This document shows positions 50,185-60,500 of a stretch of DNA of 64,000 nt, in pieces. This DNA comes from Macrostomum lignano (Eukaryota). The DNA lies in the NCBI GenBank assembly GCA_002269645.1, contig NIVC01001004.1, forward strand, positions 72,382-136,381, in the 5' to 3' direction. Position numbers and translations under genes: made by a program. The notes beneath the pieces were generated by a model. That model searched no databases and was not told the origin of the DNA. It was given only the letters and a program-made list of their open reading frames with translations. Positions within the stretch are counted from its first letter, which is position 1, and each line of letters begins with the position of its first letter.

Positions 50185-50939
50185 GTGAGGGAGGGAAGGA
50201 GGCAGTGGCGGCGCAGGGGGGGCAGCTGGGGTGACCACAGGTCACTGCCTCAAGGGGGTGGCCACCCCACCATCCCCACGGCCCTCAAAAAGACCCTAGG
50301 AAGGGAGGGAAGATGGTCACCCCCTGCTATGCAACTTGCATCAATGGTTAAAATGCATTTTTATAAGAATTTTCGTGCTGTACATTCGTTTTGTAAGAAG
50401 TGTGTCATAATTTGTTCGTAATTTTTTACTTTCTTAGAAAATTTGTGTTCTAATTCAAATGATTTTATTTGTTTAATTACGATTGGTAGGGGAAAGGGGG
50501 TGACCACCTAACTACTGCCCCCCCCCCCCGGGAAGAAGAGAGAAGAAAAAGAAGAAAAGGAGGAGAGGGGAAAAGAGGAGAGGAGGGAAGGAGGGAGGAG
50601 AGAAGGAGAGAGGAGAGGAGAGCAGGGAAGGTCCTGCAGAGGCCAAGGACCACTTAAAGATACCTAATTCGTCCCTGACAAAAGCATCAGCAGAATTTTG
50701 AAGGACACAGCTCAGTTTCCATTAATCAGCCTCACCTCACTGCTACGCTCAAAATGTTTTCCAGACCGAACACTCAGTCAGCCAACGAAACCAACATCCA
50801 CGTGTCTCGAAGGGTCAGTGAACTTCAACGGCACCCACCATGCCGGGCGTTACTGCCCTCGGCAGACACCGAGCTCGGGTCCTAATGGCTGCTTGAATGC
50901 TCCCCTGAAGAGGGACAAAAGCTACTCTTAACGACTAAA

Positions 50940-51318
50940 ACTTAGCAGAATTGTCACACAGATGAATCCCATAATATGCTTTTTATAAAAATCATTCCTT
51001 TACTTAGCAGAATTGTCACACAGATGAATCCCATAATATGCTTTTTATAAAAAATCATTCCTTTACTTAGCAGAATTGTCACACAGATGAATCCCATAAT
51101 ATGCTTTTTATAAAAATCATTCCTTTACTTAGCAGAATTGTCACACAGATGAATCCCATAATATGCTTTTTATAAAAATCATTCCTTTACTTAGCAGAAT
51201 TGTCACACAGATGAATCCCATAATATGCTTTTTATAAAAAATCATTCCTTTACTTAGCAGAATTGTCACACAGATGAATCCCATAATATGCTTTTTATAA
51301 AAAATCATTCCTTTACTT
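50940..51318. repeat. 62/63-bp tandem repeat x6 between the converging genes
   Basis: Unit CTTAGCAGAATTGTCACACAGATGAATCCCATAATATGCTTTTTATAAAAATCATTCCTTTA. Copies differ in A-run length. Confidence 0.95.
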
Positions 51319-51579
51319 CACGACTTTATGCCATCTAAACTATTCTTTCGCTGCAAAAATGGTTATCAATGATGTGGTAAAAATTTAATGATATCAATAA
51401 ATGACTTAAAAGAAATTATTTCAATTCAATTTATTAAAAGTTTAAGGTTTTTATTAACGAATCGTGCTATTAATATTTATTGATAGTTTAAAAAATCAAA
51501 TTTCGCATTACCGTTTTATACTACTTAATGAGTCATCTCTAAAAATTCAATACCAAAAACAAGTAAAACTCTATTCGTA

Positions 51580-54500
51580 CTACTCGGCTAGCTGGGCAGC
51601 CAGTAGTCTGGTCAGCTCGTCGCGCTGATTTCGCAAAGATTCCCGACCGGCGCAGTGGAACAGCGGGCGGGCCCCTGTTGCGCAGTCCGCATCGAGCAAG
51701 GACTCCAAGGTGGCCCGATCGGCGAAGTGGCTGGCCAAGCTGCAGACGGCCTCGCAGTCTGATTGGCTACCGTCTGCCGCCTGAATCAGCGCCAGCCAAT
51801 CGGCGCTCTGCAATCCTAGGCAGCCAATCAGGCGTCGACGCGTGTCCGCGGATGCGCCGTCCAATCGGATTAGCGGAAGGAGGCGGCGGGCTCGAAGCTC
51901 CGGATTGGTCAGCTCTCGACAGCCAATCAGAAGCGGCGCCTGAGAAATGCACAGAGCCAGGCTGGGGTGCGCGGAGCCGAGGCTGCGGCACAGGGCGTCA
52001 AAGCCAGATGGCGGAGGCTGACCTGGCTGCAGCCACAGCAGCTGCAGAATTGAGTTGAGAAGGGCTTTAAGAAACTCGAATTCTTAGAAAAACTGATGCT
52101 GATACTAGTGCTAAAGGCCCTGGTGCTAAAGCCTCTGCCCTCTGGTGCTGGCGCCCCGGGTGCTGGCGCCCCGGGTGCTGGCGCCCCGGGTGCTGGCGCC
52201 CGGGTGCTGGCGCCCCGGGTGCTGGCGCCCCAGGTGCTGGCGCCCCTGGTGCTGGCGCCCCGGGTGCTGGCGCCCCGGGTGCTGGCGCCTCTGTTGCTGG
52301 CGCCCCTGGTGCTGGCGCCCCTGGTGCTGGCGCCCCTGGTGCTGGCGCCTCTGGTGCTGGCGCCCCTGGTGCTGGCGCCCCTGGTGCTGGCGCCCCTGGT
52401 GCTGGCGCCCCTGGTGCTGGCGCCCCTGGTGCTGGCGCCTCTGGTGCTGGCGCCCCTGGTGCTGGCGCCCCTGGTGCTGGCGCCCCTGGTGCTGGCGCCC
52501 CTGGTGCTGGCGCCCCTGGTGCTGGCGCCCCTGGTGCTGGCGCCCCTGGTGTCACGCCTCAGTTCAAGTGGCGCCCCTCATAAAAGAACGGCGTCCCCAA
52601 TGAAAGCTCCTGGCTACAGCAGCATCTGCTCACCAGAAGAACTCGCTGAGCTACAAAAGCCAGACAGCAGCACTGCCGACTCTCCATGCCTGGTAGATTG
52701 TACAGCAGAGACAGCAGCCGCTTGAGCAGGCCCTCCGGGGTGGACAAGCTCACCTGGCAGTTAGGCGGACAATTAATAACTTTTTAACAACCATGTAAAG
52801 ATATTTAGTTACTACTTTCATTTTGAAGTTTTTTCTTAAGGTTTTCAGAAATTTGTCACACTTTTAATCGACGAAAAAGGTACCCAGGCCAAGAAACATC
52901 CCAAGGTCAATCGCGTCGCCCCAGGGTCGTTGCACGACGCATGTAACACAGGTAAAATAGGAAAGAAGTGACTCTGGACGACTATAAAATGAGTCGTTCA
53001 AAAGACGTCAGAGTCGCCTAAGAGTCAATTCTTATTAGAGTCAGATCTGAGGCGTGCTGGAGTCGCTGCAGAATCAGTGAGTTGCGTCTAAAGCGCACCT
53101 GCGGCACTTTATGAATCAGAATCGCATTTTCGCATTTTAAACTCTATTTAGTCTACTCGAGTCAGTAGAAAGTTAAGCGTTAAATGTTAACACAACGACT
53201 TTTACGACTGTTTTACGATTCTGCAACTTCAGATTCACTATAGTAAGTTGTTTGCAGTGGCTCTTTAGCGATTCTTGTCACAGGTAACGTTTTCAACGGG
53301 TAACAGCTTTCATGTCATTTTAAATTGGTACATTTTTGCTTTCTGATAAATTCAATCTTGCCTAAAAAGCGTTAGTTAAAAATTTTCTGATCTAGTATGG
53401 GTATGACCCGAAAATTTGAGTCGGCAAATGAGATTAAAAGAGTCGAACTTTTCGGACAACCTCTAGTGTAACTCAAAACTGCACTTCAACCAAACACTCG
53501 GCCTATTCACATTTCCGGGAAGAAATGCTTCTCTGTAAAAACAAACTTCGTTTTTTAAGTTCCAATACAGAGTAAAACAACTTAGTCTAAAACAGGGGTC
53601 GGGCAGATTTTTTACCTCAAGGGCCACAGAAAACCCAGCGCATGGCTGCGGGCCAGAGGGGAGAAATGCGAAGCAGAAGCAAGGAAATAAAATGAAGAGA
53701 GAAGAGAGAGGAGAGGAGGAGAAGAGACATAAAATAGGAGAGGAGAGAGAAGAGCAGGGAGAGAAGGAAGAGGAAAGACGAGAGGGAAGGAGAGGAGAGG
53801 GGAGAAGAGGAGAGGAGAGGAGAGGGAAGGAGAGGAGAGGAGGGAGAGAAGAGGTGAGGAAAGAAGAGATGAGAGGAGGGGAGAGGAGAGAGGAGAGGAG
53901 GGGAGAGGAGGGGAGAGGAAGGGGAGAGGAGAGAGGAGAGGAAGGTGAGAGGAGAGAGGAGAGGAAGGGGAGAGGTGGGGAGAGGAGAGAGGAGAGGAAG
54001 GGGAGAGAAGAGGTGAGGAAAGAAGAGATGAGAGGAGGGGAGAGGAGAGAGGAGAGGAGGGGAGAGGAGGGGAGAGGAAGGGGAGAGGAGAGAGGAGAGG
54101 AAGGTGAGAGGAGAGAGGAGAGGAAGGGGAGAGGTGGGGAGAGGAGAGAGGAGAGGAAGGGGAGAGAAGAGAGGAGAGGAAGGGGAGAGGAGAGAGGAGA
54201 GGGAGGGGAGAGGAGAGAGGAGAGGAAGGGGAGAGGAGAGAGGAGAGGAAGGGGAGAGGAGAGAGGAGAGGAAGGGGAGAGGAGAGAGGAGAGGAAGGTG
54301 AGAGGAGAGAGGAGAGGAAGGGAGAGGAGAGAGGAGAGGGAGGGGAGAGGAGAAAGGAGAGGAGGGGAGAGGAGAGAGGAAGGGGAGAGGAGAGAGGAGA
54401 GGAAGGGGAGAGGAGAGAGGAGAGGAGGGAGAGAGGAGAGGAGGGAGAGAGGAGAGGAGGGAGAGGAGAGAGGAGAGGAAGGGGAGAGGAGAGAGGAGAG

Positions 54501-57500
54501 GAGGGAGAGAGGAGAGGAGGGAGAGAGGAGAGGAGGAAAGAAGAGATGAGAGGAGGGGAGAGGAGAGAGGAGAGGAGGGAGAGGAGGGGAGAGGAGAGAG
54601 GAGAGGAAGGTGAGAGGAGAGAGGAGAGGAAGGGGAGAGGAGGGAGAGGAGAGAGGAGAGGAAGGGGAGAGAAGAGAGGAGAGGAAGGGGAGAGGAGAGA
54701 GGAGAGGGAGGGGAGAGAGAGAGGAGAGGAAGGGGAGAGGAGAGAGGAGAGGAAGGGGAGAGGAGAGAGGAGAGGAGGGGAGAGGAGGAGAGAGGAGAGA
54801 TAAGAGAAGATAGAGGGAGAGCAGAGGAGATTGTAGAGAAGGTAGCTGAGAAGAGACTCAAACCCTGAGCAGGCGGGATTGCACTGTGAAGTTTCAAAGG
54901 ACCTGAGGGCTGGATAGAGGTGGGCCGCACGGGGCGCGCAGGCCGAACTTGTCCGACCCCTGGTCTAAACCATTATCTTTTCACTGAATAGATTGCGAGT
55001 GTTTCAAATGCGTTTTAGCAAATTATAAAAGCAAACAATTAAAATTGAAAGCGGACATCAAAGCCAGGCACCAACATCAATAGGCAGTTTACAGCCGCTG
55101 CCGCCATTTTGGCACTGGCGTACAGCTTGATTTAGCAAATCCATCAGCAGGTCAGACCACTGTTTGAACTGATCCATGCTATTACTATTAGTAATATCGA
55201 TATCCGGCAGGTCTGTCATCTGTTGGAGCCAGCGAACTTCCACGAAGTAGATAGACAGAGGCCAGGGTAGCTGCGGGTGAAACATTGGGGCTTTTGGTTA
55301 ACTAACAGTTGTTTTAATGCATGCATGCAAACAAGCTACTTTCAATTCAGTAGTATTCACTGCCAATTGTTTTCAAGCGGTGAAACGACTGCCAATGACT
55401 TAGGTTAGGGTTGGGGTTACGGCTTAGGATTTAGGTTATGGTTTTGGTTAGGGTTAATGTTCAGGTTTCGGTATAGGTTATGGTTAAGGTTTAGGTTAAG
55501 TTTAGACCTAGGGTTATGATTTAGGCTTAGAGTAGGGTTTAGGTTGGGGTAAATGTTCAATTTCAGGCTTAGGTTTACGTTACTGTTTAGAGATTTAGGT
55601 TTCCATAATTTCCACCCTTGCTAAACATTAAAAATGTCCTGTCTAATTCAGTGTTTAAACGCGGTTTTTATCCCATGCACTTGCGACCACCAATGATATG
55701 TGAAACACCTATGCAAATTTGGGACTATAGAATTGAGTAAGATGCTCTGCTCTCTCTCTCGCCCTCAAATGTCACTGACAGTCAAACCTCACTGACAGTC
55801 AAATCTCACTGACAGTCAAATGTCACTGACAGTCAAATCTCACTGACAGTCAAATCTCACTGACAGTCAAATCTCACTGACAGTCAAATCTCACTGACAG
55901 TCAAATGTCACTGACAGTCAAATGTCACTGACAGTCAAATCTCACTGACAGTCAAATCTCACTGACAGTCAAATCTCACTGACAGTCAAATGTCACTGAC
56001 AGTCAAATCTCACTGACAGTCAAATGTCACTGACAGTCAAATGTCACTGACAGTCAAATGTCACTGGCACAACCTACTTATATATACTTATCAATCAATC
56101 AGTAGTCTTATCTACCTGCTTGGCAAACTGCCAATCAAACTGACTGTCTATAAGCTCCATGGCGCCACAGACTGCCAACGGTTGCTGGGCGAACAGTTTC
56201 TGCAAGCGATTGATATAAAATAAATATAATAAAACTATGATTTTTAATAGCGAACTTCACTTTCTGATCGGCCCTACCTGAAAGAACCTGCCAAACTGCT
56301 TAAGCGGAATTAGCCGGGCCAAACTGGGCAATGAATCGCAAATTTCTGCTTCGCTTAGTCCCGACATACTACTGCAGCCGTCCTCGCCAGCAGTAGTAAC
56401 AGCAGGAGCATCGGCTTCTTCTGCAGCAGATGCTGTTAGACAGTACAGCAAGCTGTCGGGATTCAGTCGAGGCAGTTGATGCGAGCAGAGCCGACATAGC
56501 GTCGGTCCGTTGCTAGGCAACAGGGCGAGCAGGCGGATTAACAGATTGGCACTACTTGAGCTGGTCTCCCGGGCTAGCAGAGCTCTGAGCAGCTGCTCAA
56601 GACAGGGCCATACGGCCTTGGGAAAAGAGAAGCATTACGTTTAATTATTGGCGAATTCATATTTTGTGAATTTGACTCTTTTAGAAACCAGGTATCCTCA
56701 CAGACTGATGACCAGGAAGGCAAAAATTCGCGCGCTTCAGAAGGCCGTCTCGGATGTAGCTGACGAGACTGGAGGACTTCAGCAGCTGTTGGTTGATTCC
56801 AGTATATTTACGAGTATTAGCTTCATACAACTATTTGTTCTAGTATTACGTAGTATTTCTTTCCATAGCCCCCCATGTACAATCGATGACTCATTCAATC
56901 TCTTATCTCCTCTGTCCCTCCCTGCCATCCCAATGTACACTCGATGACTCATTCAATCTCTTATCTCCTCTGTGCCTTCCTACCCCCATGTACACTCGAT
57001 GACTCATTCAATCTCTTATCTCCTCTGTCCCTCCCTGCCATCCCAATGTACACTCGATGCCTCATTCAATCTCTTATCTCCTCTGTGCCTTCCTACCCCC
57101 ATGTACACTCGATGACTCATTCAATCTCTTATCTCCTCTGTCCCTCCCTGCCATCCCAATGCACACTTGATGACTCATTCAATCTCTTATCTCCTGTCTC
57201 TTCCTGCCCCCAATGTACACTCGATGACTCATTCAATATCCAATCTTCTCTGTCCCTCCTTGCTCTCGCTCAATGTACTGTAAACTAAGAGAAGGCGAGA
57301 GTTAAGCGAGACCAAAAACACACGAAGTGGCTAAAGCCACGCGCAACGATTTATATATTTGCAATGTACATCAATCAATGTACATCGCGATTATTTGCAG
57401 ATGAATAACTCCGACCCAATAACAACCACACAACAGCGAAAACATTCACGCCTCTTACATCACTCCTTCCCTAAATTGAGGATAATAAAAAAACTGCGAA

Positions 57501-60500
57501 AAGACAAAAGAGGCAGTAAAACCATGAGAATTAAAAATGCACGAATAGCAAAAATGAACCAGTAAACTAGTTTTGCGCAGCATAAAAATCAGGCGGTCTT
57601 CGAGTCCTTGCAGAACGCCGAGGGCCGACTGCGGTCGGCTCATCCAGCAAGTCCGTCCAGGTCAGCCGCAGATCGACAGCCGGGCTGGGCGGTCGGCCAG
57701 CCTCTGCAGCGGGCGGAGTCGGGGCGGACTGCCAGGAAGCGGGCTGCGGCCGCCTGCGCACGAACAGCTTGAGCCGGTCGTGATGCACCACCGTGCTTCG
57801 TCTCCGGCCGGCGGGTTTTGAGATCCGGTAGGTGACGGGGCCCAGCCTCTCGAGCACGCGGTACGGTCCCAGCCACCGCCGACGAGAGCCTTGGACTGGC
57901 CCTTCAACACCGCCGGGTTGCTGAGCATCACCAGCTGCCCGACTTGGATCGGCGTGAAGTGCTGGCGCTTGTCGTACTGCTGCTTCCGTGACCGCTGTGT
58001 CGACTGCAGGCGCTGCCGCACGAGCTGCAAGCCGGTGCGAGCGTCTGCCAGCGTATCCGTGACGAGCCTCCTTTCGCCGCCTGCAGGTAAACTGAGCTCT
58101 GCCGGGATCCTGGGGTCACATCCGTGAAGCACTGCGTAGGGCGACCTCTTGGTGGTGCAGTGCGCTGAAGAGTTGTACGCCCAGATGACGTACGGCAGGA
58201 AGTCCGCCCATTTGTTCTGCTGTTCCATGCAGTACGCCGCCAGCATGTCGCCTAATGTTCGGTTGAACCGCTCGACTGCAGGGTTGCCGCTGGGATGGAA
58301 GGGTGTCGTTCTTGTCTTGCGAATATCCAGCAGGCGGCACAGCTCTTGGAAGATGTCACTTTCAAACTGACGACCCTGATCGGAGTGGATGACTTCGGGC
58401 GCTCCGTGGCGAAGAACGACACTCCTTAGCAGCGCATCCGCAACCGTCCGGGCCTCAATGTTGGACACCGCGGTCGCCTCAACCCACTTGGAAAACACGT
58501 CTGTGAAGCAGATGATGTACCTGAGGCCGGCTTCAGTCTCTGGGAGGGGCCCTTTGATGTCCACCTGCACCATCTCCCAAGGAGCTGATGGCACGGTGTT
58601 GATCTGCAGCGGTGCCCTCTGGTGCTGATGCGGTACCTTGCGACGCTGACACACTTCGCAGCTGCTCACCCAGTGCTGGACGTCGTCCTTTAGGCCGGGC
58701 CACCAATCTCTGCTGACGACTCTGGCCAGCGTCCTTTCGGTTCCGAGGTGCCCGCTTGCAGGATCGTCGTGCAGCAGCTGCAGCAGGTCCTGGCGAAGCT
58801 GCCGCGGGATGACGGGTTGGCCACTCGTCTTGAGGACGCCATCTTCACCAAGGTCCAGCTTCTCTGTCCTCACCAGGTGTTCTGCGTCATCTGCAGCCTT
58901 GCCACGTCTTGGCCTTTGTCCGAGGAGCACTTGTCGAGCCGCCGCTAGCACTGGGTCGTCAGCCTGCGCTACACGGATGTCGTCGTCCGACCAGGCAGGG
59001 TGCAGCCGGGTCGCCGCTGCTCGGCTCAGTGCGTCCGCAACCACGTTTTCGCGACCAGGTCTGAAGAGCAGCTTGAAGTTGATCTCCTGCAGAAACGTAA
59101 TCCATCTGGCTAGCCGGCCTTCTGGCTCATTGGTGTTGAGCAGCCCTTGCAACGGCTTGTGGTCGGTGAAGACGAGAATTTCGCCAGCGGACGCCAAGTA
59201 GTTCCGGAAATGCTTCATCGCCCAGACCACCGCAAGAAGCTCTCTGTGGGTAGTCGAATAATTGCGCTCCGCTTTGTTTAGGACTCTCGACGCGTAGGCT
59301 ACCGGACACTCGGCATCTTCGTGGAGCTGGCTCAGGACGCCGGCGATGGCCACTCCGCTGCTGTCACAGCACAACCGGAATCCCTTGGAGAAGTCAGGCA
59401 GCTTCAGTACGGGTGGTGTCGACAGAGCTGACTTCAGCTTCCGCAGAGCGTCATCGCACTGAGTTGTCCATTGAAACTGTCGACTCTTCTGAGTCGCCTG
59501 ATGAAGCGGATTAGCGATGCTGGCGAAGTGCGGAACGAAACGCCGGTAGAAGCCCAGCATGCCGACAAGCCGGCGAACATCCTCAGCGCATTCGGGTATC
59601 GGGATGGACTGGATAGCGCTGACCTTGTCCTGAGTTGGTCGAATGCCTTCTGCCGAGATTTTGTGTCCTAGGTACTCAACCTCCTGGAAGCAGAAGTAGC
59701 TCTTGCGCTTGTTCAATTTGAGGCCGGCAGACTGCAGTCTTCCCAGGACCTGTTCCAGTGTTTCCGCATGCTTCTCGAAGGTCTGACTAAACAGAATCAG
59801 ATCGTCCATGTACGTGAGCACCTCTGTCCAGTTCAGGCCGGCCATCGTTAGGTCCATCAGGCGCTGAAAGGTTGCCGGGGCGTTGCAGAGGCCGAACCCG
59901 AGTTTCCTGTACTGCATCAGGTCCTGCGTGGTGTAGAAAGCGGTCTTCTCCCGGTCTTGCTCTCGCAGCTCAACCTGCAGGAACCCTTGGCGGAGGTCAA
60001 GAGTGCTGAACCAACTGCTTCCAGTGAGCGCGTCCAGCGCAGCAGACAGCGGAGGCAGCGGGTAGGCGTCCTTCACGGTGCACGAGTTGAGGGCTCTCCA
60101 GTCGGTGCAGATTCGAATCTCGTTGTTTTTCTTTCGCACCACAAGCAGATTACTCGCCCATGGACTGCAGGACGGCTCGATAATCCCGTGACGCCGCATC
60201 TCGCTAATTTTCTCGTCCACTTGCTGCCGGTAATTCAGGGGAACGGTCCGTTGCCTATGCTTGATGGGGCGACTGCCGGGTTCCAGATTAATCTCGTGTT
60301 GCAGCAGGTGTGTTGTTCCCAGGTCAAACTCGTGCCTGGCGAATGCCTGCTCTGCCTGGCACAGCAAGGATTCGATGCGCTCGCGCTGCGACTCGCTCAG
60401 CTCCGGGTTGATGTTAAAGCCAGCTTCCTCTTCACCAGGTTCACCGTCTGCTCCGTTTACTTCTGCAGCGTCGAAGTTGCCGATTGCCTGGTTCTGGTAG

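Noticed and set aside
50200-50530. GGGGTGACCAC/GGTCACCCC inverted motifs and a CAGTGGCGGC start suggesting a Harbinger-type MITE
   Set aside because: No matching right terminus or TSD was found.
52067-52603. Elastin/collagen-like PGAPA and LVLAP ORFs
   Set aside because: These are translations of the 15-bp minisatellite inside an intron.
52563-52725. Extra MFSD2 terminal exon via the donor GA|GTGAGT at 50181 and an acceptor at 52562 (in frame)
   Set aside because: It would overlap a better-supported - strand exon (52753-52634) and span the last exon of the convergent gene. Not excluded without RNA data, but less parsimonious than the stop at 50184.
53617-54930. 437-aa Ser/Pro/Leu ORF and Arg/Glu/Gly-rich ORFs
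   Set aside because: These are translations of the polypurine tract inside the hAT MITE.
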